From NCBI RefSeq assembly GCF_009914755.1, contig NC_060945.1: 64,000 nt of DNA. One strand, given 5' to 3'. The DNA is from the human T2T-CHM13v2.0 reference genome, Homo sapiens. The notes below the pieces were generated by a model, which was not told the DNA's origin, ran no database searches, and saw nothing but the letters and a program-made list of their open reading frames with translations. A program made the position numbers and the translations under genes. How positions within the stretch are numbered: position 1 is the stretch's first letter; each line of letters starts with the position of its first letter. This document shows, piece by piece, positions 26,180-41,922 of the stretch.

Positions 26180-28810
26180 CTACCTCATTCCTTATACCAA
26201 AATAAGTTCCAGGCAGATTAAAGATTTTAGCATAAAAAATGGACCTATAAAAGTATCCAGGAAAAAAACGGGAAAAATTTTTTGTAAGATCAGTAAACAG
26301 CATGGGAAAAAAGAATGTTTATATTCATATACACATGCATGTAATGTGTATATCCTATATGCATAGCATATGTATGACAACAAATACATACACATACACA
26401 TATCAAAACACAGGAGAGAAACAAGGAAAATTATGTGCAGTGTGAAACAGATAGAGAACTAATTTCCTTAACAACAAAGTTTCTATAAATCAGTAAGGAA
26501 AAGATCAACAATCTGTCACAAAGATGAGAATGGATGTGAATAGACAATTCACAATGAAAGAAATACAGATGATTTTTAAACATATAAACAGATGCCCACC
26601 CCACTTGAAATAGGAAAAGCAATCATTCACATTTTGAAAGATAGTGAAACTGAAATTTCTGGGAAGGCAGTTAGGAATCGATCTGCACTCATATATGTAT
26701 AGAGAGACCAGTGAGCCAAGGGGATTTGTATGTTTGTTTTGTCTGTATTTGAATCAGCAGAAAATTGAATACAATCTAAACCTCCATCAATAGCGGACTA
26801 GTTAAATTATGATATACCTATAAAATGAAATATCATGCTGTCATTTAAAAAGCAGTTCTATAGTTAGATATGGAATGTTTGACAAGATCAATGTCTAGTT
26901 AAGTAGGAAGAAGGTCAGAGCTTGTGTTTCCTGCTGCTATTTGTACAAATAGTGTTTAGTTTTTGCTAATGATAAAATAATATATAGAGTTCTTAAATTT
27001 TTTAAATGAATAATACCAAAAATTATGAAAGAGAAATTGAAAATCATCTACCTTCCCATCACTCATGTTAATATTTTGATGTGTAGCCTTCCAGGATGTT
27101 TGAACATTTACATATAATTAAACAATAGTTTTTAAAAGATGGGATCACAGCATATATATTTTATTTGAAATTTGCAGGCTTCAATTAATATATTGTAGAC
27201 TTGTTTCCATATCAGTAAATACGATTTATAGCATCATTTTAAATGGATACTTGGTTTTCCATTTTATTAATGTGTGATCATTTATTTGACCAATTTCTTG
27301 TTGTTGAACATTTAGATTGTATCAGCTTTTTATGCTTACAGGCAGTCTTATAGTGAACATTTTGGCCTGTTTACTGTTGTTGAAGTCTTATGCTGTGCTT
27401 AGCTTTAAACCAGGTAGGCTCTGTTGTTTAATGAGTCAGTGCTTTTGACCATCAAATGAATGTTTTTATCAGTGATGGGAATGTTCACAAATGCTTTCTT
27501 AAATTAGCTGTTAGTTTTAGGACCTTGATGCTAGTATAGGTGATTGCTGGCTTCTCAACCAGTGAGAATTGCATTTGAATCCCAGCATTGCTACTTTCTC
27601 CTGGGACTTTGAGAAGTTGCATCACTTGGTTCTCTGATCTATTAAAGGCAAACATAATGTATTTCTCACAGAAGTATCGTGAAGTTTAAATGTAATAACA
27701 TAGAGGTGGCATTTAGCTTCCTGCCTGTCTCTGTTGGTAATTTGGGGCATGTAAATTCATTCACGACAGCAAGTTACTATTCACTGTGATCCTTTTGCTG
27801 AATTAAGAATTAAAATGGAGGTAACTAAAGTCTTAAACCATAAAGTTTTGCTCCTGGTTGATAGTAAGGTTGACTGTTTAATTAATTTAGTTAAGCATGG
27901 ACTCTATTTATAGTACTAAACTTTCGGTCTGAGCAGACAAAGTGGCATGCTCCAAGGCAAAAGGGCATGTATGGTCAATCTGACCATAATTCACAGTTCT
28001 CCAACTGATCATTCACAGAGTTTCAAATACTTGATTCCCTGCTTTTTTACACTTGAAAGATACTAAGGTATTGGGGGAAGGTACAGGAAATGTCAGAGCT
28101 GGACCAGGTTTGTGCCTGGGATAGATTTCTAAAGCCTGGCTGCCACAGGGAGGACAGTTACCTGCAGCTGGAGAAGCTGCCAGCATCAAACAGATGCTCT
28201 TTCAGAGTTATATGCAGTTTGAAAGGTTTTAAAAAATAATTACATAAATGACATTTATTGTTTGCCAACAGAATGGTTTCTGGGTTTGGGGTTTTTTTTG
28301 TTGTTGTTAAGCTGGTGCAAGAAATATAACTGACAATAATTCATAGATAATATTTTAATTTGTCATTTTGAAATAACCAGCAACTATTTATTTGAAACAC
28401 CTAAAAGTAAAGCCAAAGTTAAAATGTTCTGTTTATATCTAAAATATGTATAATATGTGCAGCTTTTTAAACCTAATAAATAATCGTTGGTGTTAATTGT
28501 GGAGAGTGACATTTAAATCAAACTGTTGATCTGGTATTGAACCCTTCTAAAGCAAATATTCAGAACTAATTATAGTATAGATTGGAGAATTTATGAATTT
28601 CAATAATATGAATGATTATATTTATAAAAGTGCTGGTTTTGCTAAGCAGTGTTTAGGGGTTTTTAATTCCTGAATGATTGTGACATTTCCCTTGTAAATT
28701 TTCATCTGCTTTTTACTCTCCTTTGTTTATTTTAAGAAACAGTAAAGAACAAGATCATAAGTAGGCATTTTAAATGATTTTTAATAGATTGTTTTGTAAT
28801 TCACTTTTAG

Positions 28811-28960
28811 GGGGAAATTTCACGGATTGAAAAGGAGCACCAAGTATTACAAGACCAACTTCAAGAAGTGTATGAAAATTATGAGCAGATAAAACTTAAG
28901 GGCTTAGAAGAGACCAGGGACCTGGAAGAGAAGTTGAAAAGGCACTTAGAAGAAAACAAG
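28811..28960 (+). CDS. TTC3: TTC3 window exon 15 (aa 1490-1539; coiled-coil-like)
   Basis: ttttag|GGGGAA...AACAAG|gtaatc; 150 nt; GEISRIEKEHQVLQDQLQEVYENYEQIKLKGLEETRDLEEKLKRHLEENK. Confidence 0.95.
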
Positions 28961-29269
28961 GTAATCCTGTCTGAAACCTGTCTTTAATTGCATGTAGCAT
29001 AGTTAGGAGAATGTGAGTGTAGCTGTGCTTGTGCGGCCTCAGCTGAACTTCTGCATTGGTGGCTAAACAAAAGATTCTTTCTCAGAATCGCCTGCTTCAG
29101 ATTTCTTCATGACATATTAAAGTGGCTGTTGCCATGCTTTAGAACTTCTGCAAACTGCCTTATGAGAAAGGGGCTGTAAGTCTGGGTTTTCGTTTAGCTA
29201 TAGTTCAGTTTCCCTGGTTAACTAAAACTCTATTTTATGGTGACTGAGCTCTGAGGTAAATTCTTGTTT

Positions 29270-29520
29270 ATATTGAGAGGCAGCATAGGAATAGAGGTTC
29301 AGAATGAGAGCCCTGGAGACAGACTGGCTGGGTTCAGATCTAGGCATGGTTCTATACTAGTTCTAATCTTGGGCAATTTACTTAACTTCTCTGTGCTTTA
29401 GTTCCTTACCTGGAAAATGTGAGTAATAATAACTCACATTTTGTATGGTTAGATTAATACTTATAAAGTACTTAAAACTGCCTCGTTAGTAAGGACTCAG
29501 TAAGTATTGTCTGCTACTGT
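29270..29520 (+). mobile_element. MIR SINE
   Basis: gaggcagcatag...ctgggttcagatc...ttgggcaatttacttaacttctctgtgcttta. Confidence 0.75.
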
Positions 29521-31189
29521 TATGATCATCATCTTCATCTTACTCCTAAGGAAGTATAAGAATAACACATGGAGCCTTAGACATACTAGAACTGTAAAGT
29601 CACCCAGAGTATTTTGTTGAGATCTGCTGACCTTGAATTCTGTTAGTCAAGACTGATCATCAGATACATGGCTAGTGGAGGGATAGCAATTAGTGGCAAA
29701 GCCAGATTGAATTAGTGAGAAAATGGAATCACAGATGTGAGGAAATCATGGTGCATTTGTTTTTAAAAGCTACCATCATCTGTTTAGAAAGGTAACAAAA
29801 GAATAGTAATTCATTTAAGAAAGGAGGAATTTGTTCCAGAAGTCTGGATCAATAGCTGGGATAACATATTAAATAGAAGAAAACTAGCTTAGTGGGACCT
29901 TAATCAGGAAACCTATTTACTAAGATTTTAGTAGAAATCTTAGGGTCAGTTTGTAAAGGTAACTGTCATAACATTCCCCAGGACCTGTTTATACTCAAGA
30001 TGAGGCTGGGGAGAGTCTAAGGACAAGAAGAATTAGATAGATCCTGAGACTTTACTCAGTTTCCTGGCTGGGAGAAGTAAAGAAGAACAAAATCCTACAC
30101 AGCATAGTGACACATGGAACACAAGTTTCTATAAGCTACTTGTGGGTTTAACAAAACAAAATAGTTTTATAAACTTTATATTGCCTCAGGAAACTTCAGT
30201 TTTAATTCCCATGTGGGAATTCCTGTAGCTGCCTGTTTGAGTGATGAGGCAGATTGGAGACATAGTCTTAAAGGTAGCATTCAGCCGGTGAGATATCTTT
30301 CTTTCTGGCCGAGGCTTTCCTGGCTTTATAAATTGCTGGTCTGACTGTGTGTTCTGTGTGCACAGTTCATCAAGGCTCTTTCTTTGTACAGTCAGTCCAG
30401 AAGAGTCTCGGAAATAAAGCACCCAGTGGGAGGGCCCCAGCTCTCAGGCTTTTTTTTAACTTGTTAAGGCTTTGAGTCTGCTGTTGCGTGGCCCTACTCA
30501 AGAGTGCCTTAAAAGGGCAATTACTAAGCCCCCCAGATCACAGGCCTGATAAGTTATTAGACTTGCCACGTAAAATGTATACCTATTCCCTACCAGGATA
30601 AGTCGCTAATCTGAGTTCCTTGGGTTGGTGTCCACATAAGAGTAGATGAGATTTAGCCACAGTCATTTCTTTATTAATGGTGGTTACGCTCATAGCTCAT
30701 GGAGAAATTTCTTAAAACATAGAAAGAAATGAGTGGCTTTTCCTGATATGTCCCTTTGGCCTTTGACTGCAGATTGCTGAGGTTATGAGCTAACCAACTT
30801 TTCCTTTATACTCCAGTTACTTGATGCCATGTTTGGATGTAGCAAATGCATACCCAGCCCCTTATAGAGAACAGAAAAACAGGGAAGCTATAGAAATCTG
30901 AGTGCATTAGAGTCCCACTGCCCATACCACACCCTAGCACCTCCATGTAGTAGCTTTGTGATGTTAGACAATTTCTTCAGCCTCTTTGACCCTCGGTCTT
31001 CTCATTAATAATGTATTGTCTACTTCACAGCTTTGTGAGGCCTCACCTGGGGTGGTTGAAAAAGGACAGGGGCTAGCCAGAGATAGTAAGTACAGTACTC
31101 AAGGAGGAACTGTCCCACCCAAAATTCTGCTTGTGCCTCTGCTAAGCAAATTGTTTTTTTACAAACCACTTTAAGAATACTTAGCATAT

Positions 31190-31833
<644 letters not shown>

Positions 31834-31936
31834 GAATGCTTAGCATATACTAAGCATCAGTAAAAATCTGAGCGAGGTATTATATATAGCTGATGGGGTT
31901 CTATTATTATTCATGAGCTAAGAATGGCCTCTTTAG

Positions 31937-32353
<417 letters not shown>

Positions 32354-33139
32354 TAACCTATGACTGGCAGGTTATAACTGGTTGCAATATTGCTGAAGGA
32401 CATAGGTTCATTTTTGTTTGAGAATAAAATTCTCATAACATAAAATTTGCTGTTTTAACCATTACAAAGTATACAATTTAGTGGTTTTTTGAATATTCAC
32501 ATTATTGTGTAACCATTACCACTGTCTAATTCCAGAAAACTTTTATCACCCCAAAAAAGAAACCCCATATTTATTAATCAGTCACTCCCTATCTGCCCAG
32601 GACATATGGTCTTAAGGTGCTTTAATGAGATGCTAAAATGGGCATTGAGTCAACATTAGGTCTTAAAACACTGTCAAATTATTTGGCCCAGAATAATTTA
32701 CAGGGTAGAATTTTGGACCTTTGTCTGTATTAGAACAGAATCTTGGCCCTGCCTGCCAAAACTTCCTCAGCCCACACTGGTGCAGAGGTGGGATTCTCCT
32801 CTTCAGTCATGGGTCCTTGTCAAGTTCAGCCTTTTTTAAATCTATCATTTATGAAGCTCCTACTATGTGCCACACTCAATTGTTTTTACATGTATTTAAT
32901 CTCAAAACAGTCCTTATACAATAGTGTTATACTGTAGTACATAAATAAATCTCCATGTTACTGGTGAGGAAATGGAGGTGGGAGCAGCTGATGCAGCTTT
33001 CCCCAAGCCACACCAGTACGAAGTGGCAGAACAGGTTGTGTCAGGCTTCAGAGCCCATGCATTTGTTCTCCCTTAAGAGAAGGTCAGCTCCACGGCCTAG
33101 TTCAACTAACTGTTAGGAATGTTTCTCACCACTTTACAG

Positions 33140-33680
33140 CAGTGTAGGCATATCAGTTAATCACTGTCATAATAATGCTGAGTGACTCCCAGCCACAAAA
33201 CCCCAGTGACACATGACTGTAATCGCTAAGCGTAGAAGTCTGGATCAGCTGGTCCTGCTTGGGCTCGGCTGGGTCAGTTCACCTTAGGGCTAGCAAGAGC
33301 TCTGCAGCATCTTTGCTGTTCTTGCCTACATATCTGGGTTCAGCTGGCTGTAGATTGATCTAGAATGGCCTCAGCTGGGATGACTGGGACAACTAGCTCT
33401 GCTCCACATGTCTTGCATCTTCCACCCTGAAAATCCTATTCTGAAGGCAGTAGGAAGGTGCAAAGGCAAGCAAAGATGGCCACACGGCACCTTTCAAGCT
33501 TCTACTGACTTCAGGTCTGCTCAGACCCCACCGGCAAAAGCAGTCACATAGCCAGCCAGAGCCCGGGCTGGGGAAGATAGACTTTGCCTCCTTAGCGAAG
33601 GGAACTGCAAGGTCACATGATAAATGGAATGGCTAGAGTGTGAAGGATGGAGCTATGAATGCCATCCCTCCACTACAGTA
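33140..33680 (-). mobile_element. Old MLT1-type MaLR LTR
   Basis: ctagaatggcctcagctgggatgactggg...agtcacatagcc...ggaactgcaaggtcacat motifs; boundaries approximate. Confidence 0.6.
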
Positions 33681-34893
33681 GGTCAGCGCCAGTAATTTAC
33701 TAACACTCAGTAATTACCAAGAGCCTTCTGTGATTGGTGCCTGCTTCATCTTCCGCCTTCTCCCTTGCCAGTTCTCTACATTGTTCTCTAATTTAATGGA
33801 TAATGTTTGTCATTCGATTTCTCACTTCCAAACCTTTTCCCAGTACCATCCCTTCTGCCTGGAGTGGTTTTCCTTCTCCCTGAGCCTGACTCCCTCCTGC
33901 TTCTCCTTTGGGCATCACTTTCTTGAGGAAACAGTTGTTGATGGCAACCTCAGGCTTGCTTACAGGCCTTTGTTAATGCAGTGGTGGTAATAATGACTAT
34001 GTGAGATGGTAATTATCATTTTATAACATCTTTATTGAGATATAATTAACCATAGCATAACATTTACCTATTAAAAATAGACAACTTAATGGTTTTGATA
34101 TATGCCCAGGTCTGTGTGTAGCACAATCTAAGTTTCAACCATTTTCATCAACCTAAAAAGAAATCTTATACTCACTAGCTGTCACTCCCCATTCTCTCCT
34201 GTATCCCAGCCCTTGGCAACCACTGATTTACTCTCTAGATTTATCTATTCTGGGCATTTTGTATAAATGGATCATGTTACATGTAGTCTTTTATAAGTGT
34301 CTTCTTTCACCTATAGTGTTTTCAAGGTTCATCCATGTACATCCATCTATGTTAATATGTATCAGTGTGTCATTCCTTTTTACTGTGGAATAATATTCTA
34401 TTGTATGACTATATCACATTTTATTCATTCACTAGTTGATTGACATTTGCGTTCTTTCCACTTTTTCACTATTCTGAATAATGCTGCTGTGAACATTCAT
34501 GGACAGGTTTTTCTTTGGACATATGTTTTCATTTCTTTTGGATATATATGTAGGAGTGAAATTGCTGATCATATGGCAATTCCACATTTAAGCGTATGAG
34601 GAACTGCGAGCCTGTTCCAAAACCATCCTACCAGCAGTATATAAGGATTCCAGTTTCTCCATTCTCACTTACACTTATCATCGTTTGTCTTTTTATTTAG
34701 GCCTCCTAATGGGTATGGAGTGGTATCTCATTGTGGTTTTGATTTTTATTTCCCTAAAGGCTAATGATGTTGAGCATCTTTTCATATGCTTATTAGCCAT
34801 TTGTATATCTTCTTTGGAGGAATGTCTACTCAGATCCTTTATTCATTTTTGAATTGAGTTTGTCTTTCTATTATTGACTTATAAGAGTTTTTG

Positions 34894-35517
<624 letters not shown>

Positions 35518-36613
35518 GAGAGTTTTTCTATATTCTGGATACAAGTTGCTTATCAAATATTTGATTTGCACATATTTACTTCCATCTTCCATATTTGTAA
35601 ATGTATCTCCTGTCTCCATTTTGTGGGTTGCCTTTTCACTTTCCTAATGGTATCATTTGCAGCACAAAAGTTTTTACTTTGAGTACACTAAGTCCAATTT
35701 CTCTTATTCTTTTGTTACTTGTGCCTTTGGTGTCATAGCTAAGAAACCCGTCTACTTCAAGCGCACTGCTTACCCATTTAGGTCTGTGATCCATTTCACA
35801 TTAATTTTTCAAATAGTATGGTATAGTAATTATCTTTTATGCATATTTTCTCTACCAAACTGTGATCTTGAAAGTAAGGACTGTTTTTCATTTTGTTTGT
35901 TTTTTGAATGGGGGTCTCATTGTATTGCCAAGGTAGAACTCCTGGGCTCAAGGGATCCTCCTGCCTCAGACTCCTGAGTAGACAAGACTACAAACACATG
36001 CCACCAGCCCCAGAAGGGTGGTTTTTAAAATTATCTTTGGTTGACAGCACCTAGCTTAGTATACAAACTAGGAGCTTTGCAAATGTTTATCAAACAGTGT
36101 GTGCTTGGCCCCTGAAAAGCTGCATTTAATGAATTGTGTTTTCATGTTCTCTATCAGCCTACATCAGAGGACATCAGGCTCACATTCTGTGAAGTTTGCT
36201 GCTTTGTTTACTGCTAGTATGGAGTTGGGGATATTATCCATTCTTTCATGTGACAGATATTTCTTGAATGTTCTCTTAAGTGTCAGGCTCTGTGCTGGTC
36301 TTGTGGGGCGTTTCTGCAGCATCCTCTTCTTGAGGCCCTTCTGTCTGCCATCACTTCCAGGGCCTCTCTTGTGCAACTGGTTTGTTTTTATGTTTTATAT
36401 TGAATTGTACAGTTCATTATATTTTCTCTTTGACCTTGTCTGCCAGAAAGTTTTCATGTTATTTCTAAAGAATGGTTAGGACTGCATGCCATTCATTTTT
36501 ATATTACTCTCACTCATGGTTTTGTATTGTCATTCCTCTCTCTCTATTCTGTTTTCTTTATCTGCTTAGCATTCTTTTTATTTTGTCTTTTAAATATTTA
36601 TGTATATATTATC

Positions 36614-37072
36614 TTTTTTTTTACACCATGGAATACTATGCAGCCATAAAAAATGATGAGTTCATGTCCTTTGTAGGGACATGGATGAAACTGGAAATCA
36701 TCATTCTCAGTAAACTATCGCAAGAACAAAAAACCAAACACTGCATATTCTCACTCATAGGTGGGAATTGAACAATGAGATCACATGGACACAGGAAGGG
36801 GAATATCACACTCTGGGGACTGTTGTGGGGTGGGGGGAGGGGGGAGGGATAGCATTGGGAGATATACCTAATGCTAGATGACGAGTTAGTGGGTGCAGTG
36901 CACCAGCATGGCACATGTATACATATGTAACTAACCTGCACAATGTGCACATGTACCCTAAAACTTAAAGTATAATAAAAAAAAATGGCTTTATAAGGAG
37001 AAAAAAAAAAGAATGTTTTAATTTCAGTAAGAATGAAACAATAAAACTTTAGAAAATGTAAAAAAAAAAAAA
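36614..37072 (+). mobile_element. Young 5'-truncated L1 (L1PA2-like) with a 3' transduction
   Basis: L1 body ~36622-36985 with gatgacGAGttagtggg (not the ACA/ACG of L1HS); two extra poly(A)-ended segments; 24-bp TSD at 36590-36613 and 37073-37096. Confidence 0.9.
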
Positions 37073-38989
37073 TTAAATATTTATGTATATATTATCAAAG
37101 GTACCTCAAATATTTATTTTAGAACAACACTGAGGTTTAATAAAAAAGATAAGTTTTTTCCTAATTGAGAAAAAGAAATTGTTTATAGTTATGTCAATAA
37201 ACTGTAATATAGCAGATACAGTTGTGTATAGCCTATTTGTTTTATGCTAAGTTTGAAAGAAAAACGTTCAGGAGATCATTCTGTCTTCCATGCAGTCAGA
37301 AACAAGCTCGTGATAGCTGACCTGTTTAGCATTGTGAGGCAGCTATGGCATTCAGCAGTGGTTAGTACAAACAGAAGATGAACTCATGTGGTATTTTCGT
37401 TGCCTGAGCTATATGTGTATGTATGTGCACATATGTTTATAATACTTTGTGCTTCTTGATACTTGAACTCCCTTAGGTACTTGTTGCCAACTAGGTTCTT
37501 ATGCCTCAGCATAACCTTGTGGTTGCACATAATCTCCCAGCCAAAGGGATGGATCCCAGGTGAGATCATTGGCTCAGAATAGGAGCACAGGATAGGTGAG
37601 AAACAAGATTGGCTTGGCTGCCAGCAGCAAGGCATACAAATTCACATTGGTCCTGGTAGAACCGAACCAGGTGGAACACAGGATTCTTAAGTAGAGTAGG
37701 CATGGTGGTCACCTCAGTCACAGTAATGACTCAAGAAATTCAGGATCAACAAGGTTGCAGCTAAGAAGATGTGGGAAGAACTGGTTCCTATGTTAAAGGG
37801 AACATTACTGAGCTGTTGTTCAATTTTTGCCACCTAAGAACAGTTGTCCTGTGCCAAAATCAACCTTATCCCTGCTGTAGGATTCAGAAATCTTAAAGGA
37901 CCTTGACTGGTTAGCAAATCTGCCTTTAAAAAACATGAAAACCTTGGTGTCTAAGGCTGAAGAGGGAGTAGTGGTCTCTTAAGTTGATAGAGCTTTTGAC
38001 CTGAGGGCCATGATTTCCTATGGAATCCATGTAGGTTGACTTTAGTGTCCTTTCTTACAGAGAAGACCTCGAGTTTCTATAGCTGAAATGACCTACGTGT
38101 GCTCTAAGCCTAAGCAGGAAGTTCAGGCTGTAGGGAACCTGATAGGAAGTAAAAAATTAAAAGTTTCCCTAAAGCAAATGTGAAGTTAGGATTTCATTAA
38201 GCCGTCATTGATAATAGTGAGATTTTAAACTAGAAAATATTTGTTTCCTTTAAATATTGCTTTGATTCACGTTTAAATTAATTATTAGAAATATTAACAT
38301 AGGGAATGTTTTACTTATAAGTGACTGGTATTTATAAGCATGTGCCCCACCCAAACCCCTTGCTACAATTAAATAGATGATACTTCAAAAAAGACATCAA
38401 ACCTTTAGAGAATGTGTAGATTCAGAAGTTTCAAACCAGCAACTACATAGGAAGTTGACAAAGAGGGTTAGGTGTCAAGTGGTGCTGTACCAAACCCTCC
38501 AGGGGAACGGTAACTAGCATTGTCTCCAAAGAGGTTTTCATTTCTCTTTGTCACACTGCCTGAAATTCTGGCAGGTATCTCAACCCAAATGCCTTTAATG
38601 ACCAGCAAGAGGATTACATTTATATTTATAAAAGCAAACAAAAACTATTGGCCTTGCCAACTAAAACATGCATACACTCCCTGTAGATTAGAGAATCATT
38701 TAGGCTGGAGAGTAAGTGTGAACACTTCTGGGCACGTCGGAGTGGTTCTTCGGGGTGTCTTACTGTAATCAGGTACACGTAGCGGGTAGGATGTGGCTGT
38801 CTGGTGTGACTTGGTGTCCCAGGCTTGGCTGGGGGGCATAGTCTGCCACAGGGCGCCAGCTTGGGAGTGTGTTCCACTGAACTTAGGTCATTGTTTAAGC
38901 TATGGCACCGTCACAATTCTAGCCTTTCAGTCTCTTTTGTTAAAAAGTATATTTTGCCATTTATTTAAGTACTTTCTAAATGTTTTTAG

Positions 38990-39129
38990 ATCTCAAAGAC
39001 GGAATTAGATTGGTTCCTTCAAGATTTGGAAAGAGAAATTAAAAAATGGCAACAGGAAAAAAAAGAAATCCAAGAAAGACTAAAATCACTGAAGAAGAAA
39101 ATTAAAAAGGTTTCAAATGCCAGTGAAAT
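38990..39129 (+). CDS. TTC3: TTC3 window exon 16 (aa 1540-1586; coiled-coil-like)
   Basis: ttttag|ATCTCA...GAAAT|gtaagt; 140 nt; ISKTELDWFLQDLEREIKKWQQEKKEIQERLKSLKKKIKKVSNASE. Confidence 0.95.
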
Positions 39130-39664
39130 GTAAGTAATGATTGAAAGGCAGTAATTTTTATTTAAAAAAAAATATTGTGGCTTTTGGTTATTTTCACATT
39201 TTTGATATTTAATATTAAACTACATCAAGTAAAGTAAAAATGAATACTGTTTTCATTGTTTTGTCTCATTTAAAAAAGTATTCATTGAGTAATTATCTCA
39301 CCTGAATTTTTTTCTAAACTTAACATTTTTTCAGATAAATTATATAAAAGTGAGAGTAGCATGGAACTGAGAATCCCCAAGGAACTGACTTCCTTCCAGT
39401 TTGAACACCATCCCTTTCTCTGGCCCTCTTTTTTCTTATCAGCAAAACATGGGGGCTGGTCTAAAATCTAAGGTTCTTTTCAAAAGTAAGATTCTGTGAT
39501 GATTATTTATAATTACTTTTATCCTGAATCTATAAATTATTAAAATTTGTCTTGTAGTGTGAACGATTTGATAACATATACAGATCCTAGGAATGATTGT
39601 CAGGTGGGCCAAGAGTGTGTTTTAAGATTCTCTGTGATCCATCCCTAACCTCCCTCTGCTCTTA

Positions 39665-40165
39665 ACAGTGATAGGTCAAATTCTTCAGCTTGTTTTCTAC
39701 CACTGTGTAAGAAAACACCCAAAAGTCAGTTTCTTTATTAGCAGCCATTGTATTTGCTCATGGTCCTGCAATCTGGGCTGAGTTCAGCTGGGCCATTCTT
39801 CTGCTGGTCTTGCCAGGAGTCCTCATGTGGCTGAATTTAGCTGGGTGATGACTGGGGGTGGCCTCAGCTGGGATGCTGGGGTGGCTTGGCCTCACTTTCT
39901 CTCTGTGTAGCCTCTCTGTGATTTTTATTTATGTGGTCCTTCCATATGATCTCTATTATGATAGCCAGACTTCTTACATGGTAGCTAAGGACTTCAAATG
40001 GTGCAGAAGTGGAAGCCACTAGGCCTCCTGAAGGTTCAGGCCCAGAACTGTCACAGCATCATCTCTGCTACCTTTTATTCCTTAAAACAAGTCATAGGCT
40101 TGGTCCAGATTCAAGGGCATGAATAATGGGAGGCTGGGTTCACTGGGGGGCCACGCTACACACTC
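39665..40165 (-). mobile_element. Old MLT1-type MaLR LTR
   Basis: ctgcaatctgggctgagttcagctggg...gatagccagacttcttacatggtagct...aacaagtcataggc. Confidence 0.65.
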
Positions 40166-40668
40166 ACCTTTCAAGGGCTTTTGTGTTTTTCCATGCCGCA
40201 TGCCATATGATCAGATGACTTTCATTATGAGTCTTGCTAGCATTACATTTAGGCAGTCCTCAAACAATGAGGAAAAGTAAAACACTGCCTCAGAATTTTC
40301 ACTCCCTGTGTCATGTCATTTTGATGATCAAAGTAGCTTCACTAGTAGAACACACTTACGGAAACAATAATGTCTGTAAAGCTTTTTACCTCTAATATTT
40401 GAGCATGACCAGTCTTGGTCATTTTGTTACTAAAAAGTGTGGAAATATTTATATTTAACATACTTTTTTTGTTCAATTCAGACATACTGTCAAACTAGAC
40501 AAGGTAACTAGAGGCTGTTAATGATAAGAAATTTTTTTTCTGTACTAGCATAAAAGTTAATTTCTGCTGGAGAATAAACTTTTTATTGTTGACTTTTTTC
40601 CATTTTATTATTAGATTTCTTTACCTTTCCTGTCACAATTTAAAGATAAGCCACACGCTTCTCTCTAA

Positions 40669-41034
<366 letters not shown>

Positions 41035-41922
41035 TAGATTTTTAAGTAAAATATTTAAACTTTTTGGATCTCTTTCTCAGAGATGCACAAGGGACATGAA
41101 AAATGATTTCTTGGATGTTTCTGTGCTCTTGATCACACTTAGTATTCGTTAAGAAATGACTAGAACATAGAGCTCATGATTGGTACAGTGACACAAACCA
41201 CAGATGGCTATGAAAGAAGGCAGGGCTTCCATGAGAGTGTCAGAGTGTCACCCAGTATTTGTCTATTTAGAGGAGGGAGGAAGTGTTTTACAAAAGAAGT
41301 AAAATAATAGTTAAACTGGCTTGTATTAGAAACAAGCGGCTTTAGTAAACAGAGATGACTGCAAAGGTATCTCAGGGTAGCATGAAAGAAGAGGCAGAAC
41401 CCGCCTTGTGCAGGGCATGGCTCAAGAATCGGAGATTCACACACTTGTTTTGAAGGATTATCAGAGAATGTGAGTGTGTGTGTGCGTGCGCACCCGCGTG
41501 TGTGCATGAATGCTTGTTTTGACTTTAAGTTCTGTTTTAAAGAGTAGAAGGCTGTTTTCATTTTGAATGAGAATCCACATCTTCTCATTTTGAATAAGAA
41601 TCTCTGGTTACACTGATGATGATGCCGCAGTACCTGTGTTCTCTGCTTGAGCTGCACATCTTAGACTGAGATAGGGTGATTTACCTGTAAGCATATGACT
41701 TAGAGTGAAGAAAAAGGTGATCTGGAAGGAAAATTTCCCAAAAGGGAAATGACCTCAAATTATTTTCCTATTTAGAAGATACTAAAAATGAAACAAAATG
41801 TAAAAATATATATATTAAAAAATCAAGAAATGTTTTTAAGGATATGGGTGCAATTTACTGTGTGGGGGTCCTGTTAAAAATTTTTCAAAATTAATTAATA
41901 TTTGGTGATTATGCTTTTATAG

